From IMG/VR virus record IMGVR_UViG_3300020469_000038, positions 6,169 to 70,168 of that record: a stretch of 64,000 nt of DNA. One strand, written 5' to 3'. The notes under the pieces are model-generated. The model saw only the letters and a list, made by a program, of their open reading frames with translations, made no database searches and had not been told where the DNA came from. Source of the stretch: a virus. Position 1 is the stretch's first letter. Each line of letters opens with the position of its first letter. This document shows, one piece after another, positions 37,405-47,621 of this stretch. Made by a program: the position numbers and the translations under genes.

Positions 37405-39663
37405 ATGGCATATACAATTAATAAAAGTGATGGAACAGAATTAGCGGTATTACAAGATGCTACTGTTGATACTTCAACAAGTATTACACTTGTAGGTAAA
37501 AATTATATTGGCTACGGTGAAATACAAAACGAAAACTTCTTGTTCCTATTAGAAAACTTTGCAAACACTGCTGCACCTAGCACTCCTATCGCAGGACAGA
37601 TTTGGTTTGATACAACAACTAATCAAGCAAAAATTTATGATGGTGATAAATGGGTAGAAGCAGGTACTGCTAGTGTATCCGATGATGCTCCATTAAATCC
37701 GCCACTTGGCTCTTTTTGGTTTAAAACTCCTTACAAAACATTATATGTTTATACAGGAACAGACTGGCAATTAATTGGACCACAAGTTGCAGAAGGCTTT
37801 GGAAGAACAGAAGCAGTTTCAGATTCAGTATTTGCAACCAATGATGTTGAATACCCAATTATCAAGGTATTTGTAAATGATTTAATTATTGGAGTTATTG
37901 CAAGTAATACATTTAATATTAGACCAGATAATGCTATTACAGGTTTTAGTGCTATTAGAGCAGGTTTCAATATCAATAGCAACAATATTTTTGCTGGAAA
38001 CCTAGTTGGCAGTGCAACAGAAGCAGATAGATTATCAACAATAAGATTAATTAACGGCGTAGGATTTGATGGTAGTCAAGATGTTACAATTACATCATCA
38101 ACTACAAATGCACTTGAATCAGGACCATACATTGTAGGAAGCAACTTTGATGGTAGCAATCCTACTACTTGGACTATTGATGCAACATCATCTAACACTA
38201 TTGGTAAAATTGTAGTAAGAGATAGCGGCGGCGACTTTGCTGCTGGAACTATTACAGCAAACTTAGTTGGTGATGTAACAGGTAATGTTACAGCAGCATC
38301 AGGCACAAGTACATTTGACACTGTAACAGCAAATCAATTTATTGGAGCGCAACTTACAGGTAATTCATCTACAAGCACTAGATTAGTAACACCACGTGAT
38401 ATTAATGGAGTTGCATTTGACGGAACAGCAGATATTACTGTACCAGCAGACGGATCAACACTTACTGGTGTTTCTATTGCAAACAATATTAAAACTAGTG
38501 ACTTAGAAAGAGTTGGAACACTTACAGATCTTGACGTTGGAAGTAAAATTGAAATTAATAATAAAATTTTATTAAATGCAGTAACAGATCCTATTATTAG
38601 TGCAACAGCAGAACTAACAATTCAAGTACAAGATCCAAGTGATAATTTTGCTTTAAAACTTATTAGTAACGATACAGCAGTTACAGACGGCATTGGTCCT
38701 TTAGGCGGACTTGTTCCAGTTACTGACTTAGATGGTGACTTAGGTAAAACAACTTTACGTTTTAAAAATGCTTATGCTGAAACTTTTACAGGAAACTTAA
38801 CAGGTACAGCAACTAATGCTACTGCTGCTGTCGCAGCAGATAACTTGTCAGGTGGAGTTGCAGGCGGCTTTGTATATCAAAGCGGTCCAGGAGCAACTGT
38901 AATTACAGCCGCAGGTATACCAGGACAAACAATTATTTCAAATGGATCAGGCGCTCCGTATTGGGGTTCACCAAGTTTCCAACCATTGACATTTGGCAAC
39001 TACTTAGACGGTAATGGTAGAACAGAATATCCAGGTGCATATGCTGTAACACTTGATGTCGATGCAGATACTGCAAACACAGCAAACAAAGTTGTTGCTA
39101 GAGACGGCAGTGGTAATTTTAGTGCAGGAACAATTAGTGCATCACTTAATGGTAATGCAAGCACAGCAACATCTGCTTCAACATTATCAGGCAACAGAAC
39201 AATTAATGGTACAGTGTTTGATAACACAGGTAACATTACTATTACAGCAGAAGATCCTAATTCAGTTGATAGAGCAGGCGATACAATGTCAGGCTTTTTA
39301 TCACTGCACGCTGACCCTACAGCAAACTTACACGCTGCAACAAAACGTTATGTTGACAATGTAGCACAAAGTTATACGTTTGTATACAAAGATCAACAAG
39401 CAGTTGGAAGTTTTACTAACCAAGTAGGCAGTTTTAACGATAGTAGAAACTGGTTTGATGTTTATCCGCCAAGCGGAAAGACAATGAGTAACCTTACTGC
39501 ATTTATTGCAAGTATAGGTAGAATCCACTATGCAGGTGGAGTTGATGGAAACGACAGCATACGCTGTGAATGGGATATTAGATCAGATAGAATCCGTGTG
39601 TGGGTACAAGGCACAGAACAACGTGCTAAACCTAAAGGCAACTATTTGGCAATTTGGAGTTAA
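37405..39663 (+). CDS. Tail fibre protein
   Basis: Same N-terminal domain; three RxINGxxFD fibre repeats; HAATKRYVD. Confidence 0.8.
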   Translation: MAYTINKSDGTELAVLQDATVDTSTSITLVGKNYIGYGEIQNENFLFLLENFANTAAPSTPIAGQIWFDTTTNQAKIYDGDKWVEAGTASVSDDAPLNPPLGSFWFKTPYKTLYVYTGTDWQLIGPQVAEGFGRTEAVSDSVFATNDVEYPIIKVFVNDLIIGVIASNTFNIRPDNAITGFSAIRAGFNINSNNIFAGNLVGSATEADRLSTIRLINGVGFDGSQDVTITSSTTNALESGPYIVGSNFDGSNPTTWTIDATSSNTIGKIVVRDSGGDFAAGTITANLVGDVTGNVTAASGTSTFDTVTANQFIGAQLTGNSSTSTRLVTPRDINGVAFDGTADITVPADGSTLTGVSIANNIKTSDLERVGTLTDLDVGSKIEINNKILLNAVTDPIISATAELTIQVQDPSDNFALKLISNDTAVTDGIGPLGGLVPVTDLDGDLGKTTLRFKNAYAETFTGNLTGTATNATAAVAADNLSGGVAGGFVYQSGPGATVITAAGIPGQTIISNGSGAPYWGSPSFQPLTFGNYLDGNGRTEYPGAYAVTLDVDADTANTANKVVARDGSGNFSAGTISASLNGNASTATSASTLSGNRTINGTVFDNTGNITITAEDPNSVDRAGDTMSGFLSLHADPTANLHAATKRYVDNVAQSYTFVYKDQQAVGSFTNQVGSFNDSRNWFDVYPPSGKTMSNLTAFIASIGRIHYAGGVDGNDSIRCEWDIRSDRIRVWVQGTEQRAKPKGNYLAIWS

Positions 39664-39665
39664 TT

Positions 39666-40028
39666 ATGGCAGGATATGTATGTATAGAAAATAATGAAGT
39701 AACAGCGTTACTAGATTACGAGCCTAATGCTCCAGCAACAGTGCGTGTTGTTACAATTACAGACGCACAATACGATCAATTGCGTGCAGGAACACATATC
39801 TTTAATACTAGTAATGACAGTATTACTCCTGTATCTGCGGAAGAACAAGCAGCAGAAGCACAAGCGGATGCTAATGGTTTAGAGCGTGAATTTTTAAATA
39901 ACACAGATTGGAAAGTATTAAGACACATTAGAGAGCAGCATTTAGGACTATCAACTACACTTACTGCTGAAGAGTATACTGCTCTAGAGCAACAGCGCCA
40001 AGATGCGTCAGATAGAATAATTGAATAA
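39666..40028 (+). CDS. Putative tail fibre assembly chaperone
   Basis: Follows a fibre gene; REFLNNTDWKVLRH...RQDA motif; GGAG RBS before ATG 39666. Confidence 0.6.
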   Translation: MAGYVCIENNEVTALLDYEPNAPATVRVVTITDAQYDQLRAGTHIFNTSNDSITPVSAEEQAAEAQADANGLEREFLNNTDWKVLRHIREQHLGLSTTLTAEEYTALEQQRQDASDRIIE

Positions 40029-40031
40029 ATA
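40026..40031 (+). promoter_or_regulatory. Late promoter core TAAATA
   Basis: Overlaps the chaperone stop codon, upstream of ATG 40055. Confidence 0.55.
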
Positions 40032-40054
40032 CAGTAGTAAACTAGGAAAACAAT

Positions 40055-41836
40055 ATGGCTTATCAAGTAGACAAATTTAATGGACAGTTTTTAACTTCCG
40101 TAGAAGACGGTACAATCGACACAACTACGGATTTACGATTTGTAGGTAAAAACTACGCTGGATACGGCGAAGTTCAGAACGAAAACTTCCTACACTTACT
40201 TGAAAACTTTGCTAATACTACACAACCACCCAAGGCTGTAAAAGGACAAGTATGGTTTGATAGTGCAAATGCAAAACTAAAATTTTATGACGGTGGCAAA
40301 TGGAAAGCAGCAGGCGGCGCAGAAGTAAGTGCAACTGCACCTTCAGGACTAGCACAAGGTGACTTTTGGTGGGATTCTTCCGCTAAACAGTTATATGCTT
40401 GGGCAGGATCAGAATTTATTTTAGTAGGACCTGAAGCATCACCAGACTTAGGAAGTTCAGGTGTTACTGCGCAGGTTGTTAAAGACTCAGGTAATACTAA
40501 CCACAGTATTTTAAGAATTACTGCTGGTGGTAAAGTAATGGCGATTGTATCGCAAACAGAATTCACACTTAATACATCAGTTAATCCAATTGACGGATTT
40601 ACATTAATTAAGAAAGGCCTAACACTTGTAAACACAAGTTCAACAGGTATTACATCAAGTGACCATTATTATTGGGGAACAAGTAGTTCTTCATTAGGTT
40701 TAATTATTGATGGATCGTTTATCCAAGCATCAGAATTTTTAAGAGGCGATAATGTTACTTTTGAAAACTTAATTAGTTTCTTAGATAGCGGTTTAAAAAT
40801 TGGTGACCAAAGCGACTTAAAATTATTTGTTGAAAACGAAAACCAAATCCGAGTAGTATCACAACTAGGTAATCCAATTAACTTTAGAATTGTTGAAGAT
40901 GGATTAACAAATAGAGAAGTTGCAAACATTAATGTTGACGGTATATATCCTGGAGACGATAATGTTTATACACTAGGTAGACCTTCTAACAAATGGAAAG
41001 AAGTATACGGTGTAGACATTTTTGGTAACTTAACAGGAAATGTAACAGGTAACTTAACAGGTAATACTAACGGTAGTATAATTAGTACAGACGGTAGTAA
41101 CGCTATCTTAGTTAACGGTAGTACAAAACAAATTGGTTATGCTGGCGCAAATATTTTAGGTACATTAGTAGGTAACGTACAAGGTTCACTTACAGGTACT
41201 GCTACTAATGCTAGTGCTTTAAACAGTATTCAACCTTCTGCGAGTGTTCCTGCATCAGGAACGAGTATTCCAGTAAGAGATTCAAACGGTGATATTTACG
41301 CAACCACTTTCCAAGGTGTAGCAACTAGAGCAGACAGAATTAAAATTGATGACAGTGCAACTGACAGCGATCCTAACTACAAAACAGCAAAGACAACTGC
41401 CACTGCAAACACAATTACTGCTAGAGATGGCTCAGGAAACATTCTTGCAAACTTATTCCAAGGTACTGCAACCGCAGCACGTTATGCTGACTTAGCAGAA
41501 AAATATTTAACAGATGCAGAATACGAAGTTGGTACTGTAGTAGCAGTAGGCGGAGCAGCCGAAGTTACGAAATGCCAAGAAGGTAATAGAGCATTAGGTG
41601 TTATATCTGAGAGCCCTGCTTTTATGATGAATACCATCTTAGAAGGCGGACAGTATATTGCACTGAAAGGTAGAGTACCAGTTAAAATTTCAGGCAGTGT
41701 TAGCAAAGGCGACAGACTTGTTGCAGCAGCAGACGGAACTGCTAAAGTATCAGCAGCAAAAGATGCTGATGTATTTGCTATTGCACTTGAAGCATCTACA
41801 GAAGGTGTTGATTATATTGAAGCGGTGGTTCTTTAA
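40055..41836 (+). CDS. Tail fibre protein with C-terminal intramolecular chaperone (autocleavage-type) domain
   Basis: Shared N-terminal domain; C-terminal YADLAEKY...GTVV...GVIS..PA..MN...IALKGRVPVK. Confidence 0.8.
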   Translation: MAYQVDKFNGQFLTSVEDGTIDTTTDLRFVGKNYAGYGEVQNENFLHLLENFANTTQPPKAVKGQVWFDSANAKLKFYDGGKWKAAGGAEVSATAPSGLAQGDFWWDSSAKQLYAWAGSEFILVGPEASPDLGSSGVTAQVVKDSGNTNHSILRITAGGKVMAIVSQTEFTLNTSVNPIDGFTLIKKGLTLVNTSSTGITSSDHYYWGTSSSSLGLIIDGSFIQASEFLRGDNVTFENLISFLDSGLKIGDQSDLKLFVENENQIRVVSQLGNPINFRIVEDGLTNREVANINVDGIYPGDDNVYTLGRPSNKWKEVYGVDIFGNLTGNVTGNLTGNTNGSIISTDGSNAILVNGSTKQIGYAGANILGTLVGNVQGSLTGTATNASALNSIQPSASVPASGTSIPVRDSNGDIYATTFQGVATRADRIKIDDSATDSDPNYKTAKTTATANTITARDGSGNILANLFQGTATAARYADLAEKYLTDAEYEVGTVVAVGGAAEVTKCQEGNRALGVISESPAFMMNTILEGGQYIALKGRVPVKISGSVSKGDRLVAAADGTAKVSAAKDADVFAIALEASTEGVDYIEAVVL

Positions 41837-42762
41837 TGCCAGTATCATCCGGAAATCAAATACTTGCCGCAGACTTTAATGATCTAAGTACTCTAATCAC
41901 AACTACATTAGGTACTGGAGCAGGCCAGTATGGTTACGGACAAGCAATTGTAAGCGGAACAGTTACAGCAGGCCAAAGAATTGAAAAGCAAGAGTTTGAT
42001 AAATTAAGATTTGACTTAATGAGTGTGCTTATACATCAAACAGGTGTGTTACCTAGTCCTGTATTTGCAAATATTACAAATCCTATCCTTGCTACAGCAT
42101 CAGAACCTTTTCAAAGTTATACAAATTTAATACAAGCAGCAAGAGGTGATAGATTTGTTGTATCACAAAAGAACCAATCTGTTGATACTATTGATACAAA
42201 AACGTGTGGTACTTGGTCCAATTTAGCAGTTAGTGAATTAGAAATGACTTTTGCATCTGCAAATGATGCAAGATACTTTTGGAATTCAGGTAGTAGAATT
42301 AGGATTGATACTAATCTATTAGATGGTTATCCTTCAACACAACAAAACAATGATTGGAATACTATACTTGACAGTTCAGGTAATGTAGAATTTGGTGCAA
42401 ACGCACAGACTACTGGTCCTGGTGGCGGAGTACCAATTAACGCATACGACTTAACAAACTCATATCAAACATTTTATGAATTTACTTCATCGGCACCATA
42501 TGCTGCTAATAGGTATAAACTTTCAGCAAAATGCAATCAACCATCAAACTTAACAGGTGTAGCAACGGTTTTCACATTAAAAATTGAATTGATTGACGAT
42601 TATACAGACGATCCACAACCTGGTCCACTACCAGACGATGAAGTGTTTGGAGTTGAAATAGAATGTCAGCACGTTAAAGTTACCGGTACTTTACAACCTG
42701 ACTTAGATCCGTGGGTTTTACCTGTGCCAACTTTCAATATGTCCAACATCACAGCGGCTTAA
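41836..42762 (+). CDS. Virion structural protein
   Basis: GYGQ and FASANDARYFWNSG motifs; paralog of the next gene. Confidence 0.65.
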   Translation: MPVSSGNQILAADFNDLSTLITTTLGTGAGQYGYGQAIVSGTVTAGQRIEKQEFDKLRFDLMSVLIHQTGVLPSPVFANITNPILATASEPFQSYTNLIQAARGDRFVVSQKNQSVDTIDTKTCGTWSNLAVSELEMTFASANDARYFWNSGSRIRIDTNLLDGYPSTQQNNDWNTILDSSGNVEFGANAQTTGPGGGVPINAYDLTNSYQTFYEFTSSAPYAANRYKLSAKCNQPSNLTGVATVFTLKIELIDDYTDDPQPGPLPDDEVFGVEIECQHVKVTGTLQPDLDPWVLPVPTFNMSNITAA

Positions 42763-42765
42763 ATA
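42760..42765 (+). promoter_or_regulatory. Late promoter core TAAATA
   Basis: Overlaps a stop codon; GAGG RBS follows. Confidence 0.5.
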
Positions 42766-42782
42766 GTGTAAGAGGTAACTGA

Positions 42783-43829
42783 ATGCCAGCAACGCACGAC
42801 TTAATAGATCCAGATTATTACAACGATATGCAACTTAAGATACGCCGTGTCTTAGGCGACGGTAAGTCTGATGGATTTGGTTGGCTAGGATACGGACAGA
42901 CTGTGCTAAGTTCACAAGTTAGTACTAGTGATAAAGTTAGTGTCCAGCAGTATAGTGATTTACGATACGATATTTGGAACGCTTATAATCATCTTAACAA
43001 TGCATTACCAAGCGGATCAAGTCAAGTTAATATGCTTGAAGTTACAGAACGTAAAAAAATTAGGTATATGGATCCGACATCATCTACTACTCCAACAATG
43101 CCTGTTGATAAGTGGGGTGCTTTTGTAAACACCATTTATGCTAATGCAAGAAATTTAGCAGTAGCAGGACAACGTAGAACTGTAAATCACGGATCATCGT
43201 TTCAAACTTGGCCAAATGCAACATATGGAGATAATTGGAGCGATTCAGTTATTTGTATTGTACAGGTACAGTTTAGCGATTTAGATGAGAGTAGACATTT
43301 TTTTAACAGCGGTAGCAGTATTGATATTACGTCGACACGCACAGGCGGATCTAGTACAAATCAAAATGCATCTTGGACATCTATTTTAACATCTGCAGGA
43401 ACACAAAAATTTAGCGGTAATCATCCAGGCACTGGAGCAGGCCCTACATTTAACGGATCTAACTTTTACAAAACTACAAGCACATTTACAAATCCATTTG
43501 TTGATGTAGTAGGCAGTAGTCCTTATTCATTAAATAGATATAGAATATTTGCAAGAACACCCAACCAAGCAAATCCATATCTTACAGGCGCAGACACAAT
43601 TGAATTCCGCATTGAGTTTGTTGATGATCACGAAGAACAAGGCGGACCACCGGTTGGCGGACCACTTAATCCAGGTGATGGCGGTTATGGCCCTGACGTT
43701 GTAGACGGACAACTTACGGTTACTGTACAAACAACTGAAGCAACAGGTACTTTACAACCAGCAACATCAGGTAATTTTAACATTGCTACACCTACAGTGA
43801 ACATTGGCGCAGTAATAGAAATTAGTTAA
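42783..43829 (+). CDS. Virion structural protein
   Basis: GYGQ and FSDLDESRHFFNSG motifs; paralog of the preceding gene. Confidence 0.65.
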   Translation: MPATHDLIDPDYYNDMQLKIRRVLGDGKSDGFGWLGYGQTVLSSQVSTSDKVSVQQYSDLRYDIWNAYNHLNNALPSGSSQVNMLEVTERKKIRYMDPTSSTTPTMPVDKWGAFVNTIYANARNLAVAGQRRTVNHGSSFQTWPNATYGDNWSDSVICIVQVQFSDLDESRHFFNSGSSIDITSTRTGGSSTNQNASWTSILTSAGTQKFSGNHPGTGAGPTFNGSNFYKTTSTFTNPFVDVVGSSPYSLNRYRIFARTPNQANPYLTGADTIEFRIEFVDDHEEQGGPPVGGPLNPGDGGYGPDVVDGQLTVTVQTTEATGTLQPATSGNFNIATPTVNIGAVIEIS

Positions 43830-43872
43830 AACCTTCCTACCACAAATAGCACTTACACTCCTAATGTACCAA

Positions 43873-43878
43873 TAAATA
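43873..43878 (+). promoter_or_regulatory. Late promoter core TAAATA at the start of the glycan island
   Basis: Lies inside an 8-bp inverted repeat (taatgtac/gtacatta); AAGGAG RBS follows. Confidence 0.6.
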
Positions 43879-43907
43879 TATGCGTACATTATAAACAAGG
43901 AGTTATT

Positions 43908-44255
43908 ATGCAAAATGAATACAAAGATGCTTTAGAATTTTCAAAGTATCGTCAAACACTTGCTGTTCAGCGCAAAACACTAAAAGAAAAGATTGAAGCC
44001 AGACTTACATATGGTAAAAACGGCGGAATCTTTAAGATTGACAGAACTTTATTAAACTTTGTTGAAATGCTAATCTACAAAGATAGATCTGAAAACATTG
44101 TAATTTTAGATGAAAATGAAAATCCAATTTTAGTTGAAAACTTAGTTGAATTTAGAGATGAAATTTTTGATAGATATTTTAGTGCTACATTTGAGTATCA
44201 CGAAGAATATACAAAAATTAAAAAAAGCAGATCAGTAGAGTCATTAGTATCGTGA
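43908..44255 (+). CDS. Hypothetical protein
   Basis: 115-aa ORF with strong RBS; overlaps the next start. Confidence 0.75.
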   Translation: MQNEYKDALEFSKYRQTLAVQRKTLKEKIEARLTYGKNGGIFKIDRTLLNFVEMLIYKDRSENIVILDENENPILVENLVEFRDEIFDRYFSATFEYHEEYTKIKKSRSVESLVS

Positions 44256-45103
44256 AAAAAGGCGTAGTAATATTTGCACACAATAATAGGCAGATAGATT
44301 ATGCAAAGATGGCACTAGTCTCAGGCGGCCTTGCTAAAAAACATCTAGGTGTTCCTGTTAGTTTAGTAACAGACCAGTCAACAATTGATTGGTTACGTGA
44401 ATCTAACTTATGGGATAAAGCAGAAGAAACTTTTGAACACATTATTGATGTAGAACGTCCTACAGATTTACAACAACGCAAATTTAAAGACGGTAAAGAA
44501 TCTGTAACAGCACCATTTAAAAATAGTAATAGATCCAGTGTTTGGGATCTTACTCCTTACGATCGAACATTAATGATTGATTGTGATTACTTTATTTTCT
44601 CAGATTCACTAAATGAATATTGGGACTGTGACAGTGATATCCTTATTAGTACAAAGTACAATGATGTTCAAGGAGATAGAATAGGTTACCTTGATAGGTA
44701 CATCAGTGATACAGGTGTAAGGCTGTTATGGGCGACAACAGTAATGTTTACAAAAAATGAAGATACGAAAGTATTTTTTGAATTAGTAAAACATATTAAA
44801 GATAATTACAAAAAGTTTGCTGACATTTTTAGATTCGATAGTCGAATGTATAGAAATGACATTTCATTTGGTATTGCAAGACATATACTTTATGGTTTTG
44901 AAACAGACAATGATTATGCAATGCCTCCGGTATTATCAGTACCGGATATGGATCTTGTTTATGATGTTAACGAAAATGGAATACAAGTTCTCACAGCAAA
45001 TTTAAATGATTACACTTTATGTAATGTTAAAGATAGAGATATTCACATAATGAATAAACAATCTATTACAAGAAACATTGATAAGTTTATGGAGTTAGTA
45101 TGA
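44252..45103 (+). CDS. GT-A fold glycosyltransferase-like protein
   Basis: LTPYDRTLMIDCDY (DxD motif); RNDISF. Confidence 0.7.
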   Translation: MKKGVVIFAHNNRQIDYAKMALVSGGLAKKHLGVPVSLVTDQSTIDWLRESNLWDKAEETFEHIIDVERPTDLQQRKFKDGKESVTAPFKNSNRSSVWDLTPYDRTLMIDCDYFIFSDSLNEYWDCDSDILISTKYNDVQGDRIGYLDRYISDTGVRLLWATTVMFTKNEDTKVFFELVKHIKDNYKKFADIFRFDSRMYRNDISFGIARHILYGFETDNDYAMPPVLSVPDMDLVYDVNENGIQVLTANLNDYTLCNVKDRDIHIMNKQSITRNIDKFMELV

Positions 45104-45945
45104 TAGACTTTGGTTATTTAATTATTGTCAACGAAGGTAATGATACAAACTATACTCGGCTTGCTTATGCACTTGCATTAAGCATTAAGAATACACAAAA
45201 AGAAGGGTATGATAAAGTTGCTCTTGTGATTAATGACAAACAGCACATTAAAAACTTTACATCAACTTGGGTATTTGACCACGTAATAGAATATCAAGGA
45301 CCAGAAGGTTGGGATAGTAGATCCTATATGGATACTGTAACTCCTTTTGCAAATACAGTTTGCTTAGATGCAGATATGTTGTTTTTTAGAGATTACAGTC
45401 ACTGGGCAGAATACTTTATTAAACATAGCGAACTATATGTTGCAAACAATTCGTATACATATAGAGGAGACCTTGTAACAAGTGATCATTATAGAAAAAC
45501 GTTTACAGCAAATCAACTACCTAACCTGTATAGTTTTTACACTTTCTTTAAAAAGGATAGTGATCTAGCAAAAGAATTTTTTAATTTACAACGTCATATT
45601 ATTAAAGACCCGCATAAATTTAGCAATGAATTTTTACCTACTCACAAACCTAAAGTAGTAGGCACAGACGAAGCATTTGCACTAGCAGCAAACATATTAG
45701 ATATAGCAGATGATATTGCATATCCTTTAGAGTTTCCCCGTGTTGTACATATGAAAGGTATGATACAAAATTGGCCTTATCCTGCAGACACAGTAAGTGA
45801 TCACGTAGGCTTTTACTTTGATAGAAATGCACAAGTAAAGATAGGCAACTTTCAGCAAACAGATATTTTACATTATGTAGAAAAAGATAAAATAACACTA
45901 GAAACAATTAACATATTGGAGGAAATAGCGTGGAAGAAAAGATAA
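45100..45945 (+). CDS. GT-A fold (GT8-like) glycosyltransferase
   Basis: TPFANTVCLDADMLF (DxD), TDEAF, VVHMK; paralog of the previous gene. Confidence 0.75.
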   Translation: MIDFGYLIIVNEGNDTNYTRLAYALALSIKNTQKEGYDKVALVINDKQHIKNFTSTWVFDHVIEYQGPEGWDSRSYMDTVTPFANTVCLDADMLFFRDYSHWAEYFIKHSELYVANNSYTYRGDLVTSDHYRKTFTANQLPNLYSFYTFFKKDSDLAKEFFNLQRHIIKDPHKFSNEFLPTHKPKVVGTDEAFALAANILDIADDIAYPLEFPRVVHMKGMIQNWPYPADTVSDHVGFYFDRNAQVKIGNFQQTDILHYVEKDKITLETINILEEIAWKKR

Positions 45946-46574
45946 GAAATATTCCAGACCTTCCAGACTTTGATGAATGGATTGCTAATTGGAAGCCACC
46001 TGAATTAAATTACTTGGCAGCATTTGATCCTGAAACAGGAAAGGTAATGTGCGTAGGTCCTGACTATTCTATTGACAGAGATCGTTATAAGAAAACTATT
46101 GATATTGATACTGAAACTGCAATGGCAATCATTGAAGGTGAAATCAAAATGAATAAATGTTTTGTAGATGTACAGTCAGGTAGTTTAGAAATTACTGAAG
46201 TACAAAATTTATTTAAAATAGATGATGTATTACATAGAATTGTTAATATCAAGTGGGCTGAAATCGATGAGCCAGATATTGTTGTATCACGTAAAGGCGA
46301 TATGTTTACAGTTCAATTATCAGAAAAGTACGGTGGCACATATAAACTAAACAGCGACACTCCAGTAGCAATCAGAAAAATATTCTGGGACGGCGTAACA
46401 CTATTGAATTTTGATGTTTGCGAGTACAACGATCCACATACAAGTCATCATACTGCAACTGTAGCACTAGATGATCTAGTAGGAAAAAGTTTTGAATTTA
46501 CTTGCGAGTGTCCAGAAGATGCAAGTGTGTTTACACGCAGATTATTTAAAAATTATGTATTCGAGGAACTATGA
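45930..46574 (+). CDS. Hypothetical protein
   Basis: 214-aa acidic ORF with GGAGG RBS. Confidence 0.7.
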   Translation: MEEKIRNIPDLPDFDEWIANWKPPELNYLAAFDPETGKVMCVGPDYSIDRDRYKKTIDIDTETAMAIIEGEIKMNKCFVDVQSGSLEITEVQNLFKIDDVLHRIVNIKWAEIDEPDIVVSRKGDMFTVQLSEKYGGTYKLNSDTPVAIRKIFWDGVTLLNFDVCEYNDPHTSHHTATVALDDLVGKSFEFTCECPEDASVFTRRLFKNYVFEEL

Positions 46575-46732
46575 CAGAAGAAGAAGTTGGTAAGCGACTA
46601 ACAGAACAGTTTCCAAAGATGATGGCCGTTGTAAACGGTGATACAACACAAGAGGAAAAACTAAAAGCCGCTTTAGATTATACAGAAATATTAAAAGATT
46701 TAGAAAAGGTATTAAATGACAAAAGTAGTTGA
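46571..46732 (+). CDS. Small hypothetical protein (53 aa), not in ORF track
   Basis: GAGG RBS and ATGA overlap; MTEEEVGKRLTEQFPKMMAVVNG...NDKSS*; fills the gap exactly. Confidence 0.6.
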   Translation: MTEEEVGKRLTEQFPKMMAVVNGDTTQEEKLKAALDYTEILKDLEKVLNDKSS

Positions 46733-47621
46733 GTTTGATGTTTTCTTTTTAAGTTACGATGAACCTAATGCAGATTTACATTATGCTGATCTTTGTAATA
46801 AAGTTCCGTGGGCACAACGCATACACGGAGTAAAAGGATCTGACCACGCACACAAAGCAGCAGCAGAAGCATCAGAGACAGACTGGGTGTTAACTGTAGA
46901 TGCAGATAATATTGTAGATCCTAAGTTCTTTGATTTAGACTTAGATATGACAGATGAAAAAATACGTGCATACAGTTGGTGCGGAAGAAATAATGTTAAC
47001 GGATTGCGTTACGGAAACGGCGGTTTGAAGTTATGGCATCGTCAGCATATTCTTGATATGAAAACACACGAAAATGCAGACAGTGAAAGAGCGCAAGTTG
47101 ACTTTTGTTGGGAAGAAGGTTATAGAAACTTTCCTGTAACATTTAGCGATACAATTATTAACGACACACCTTTTATGGCGTGGCGTGCAGGCTTTCGTGA
47201 AGGAGTCAAGATGACACTAGACGGTGGACTACAAGTTCCACCTATGGAAATTGAAGAACGCATTTGGTGGCACAACCTACATAGATTACGAGTATGGAGT
47301 ACAGTTGGTTCTCATATTGAAAACGGATTGTGGGCTATCTACGGTGCAAGACTAGGAACATATCTTACAAATTGTACAGACTGGGATCATATACAAGTAA
47401 GAGATTTTGAAAAGTTACGTGACCTTTATGACAATACTTGTAAAAAATATGAAAAACAAGACGGGCTAGAACAAGAAGTAGCACGTTTAGGAACAGAGAT
47501 AAGAAGTGAACTAGGATTAGAATGGCCTGACTTTGATAAACAACAAAGTCGATACATTATGGCTCTATATGAAGAAACTATTAGATTAGGTACAACCTAT
47601 TATAGTAAAAAGTATGTATGA
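46716..47621 (+). CDS. GT-A fold glycosyltransferase-like protein
   Basis: FLSYDEPNAD, TVDADN (DxD), YGNGGLKLW, AWRAGFREGVKM. Confidence 0.75.
   Translation: MTKVVEFDVFFLSYDEPNADLHYADLCNKVPWAQRIHGVKGSDHAHKAAAEASETDWVLTVDADNIVDPKFFDLDLDMTDEKIRAYSWCGRNNVNGLRYGNGGLKLWHRQHILDMKTHENADSERAQVDFCWEEGYRNFPVTFSDTIINDTPFMAWRAGFREGVKMTLDGGLQVPPMEIEERIWWHNLHRLRVWSTVGSHIENGLWAIYGARLGTYLTNCTDWDHIQVRDFEKLRDLYDNTCKKYEKQDGLEQEVARLGTEIRSELGLEWPDFDKQQSRYIMALYEETIRLGTTYYSKKYV

Noticed and set aside
33363-43829. Diversity-generating retroelement or invertible tail-fibre cassette
   Set aside because: No reverse transcriptase or recombinase is present, and I saw no near-identical template/variable repeat pair.
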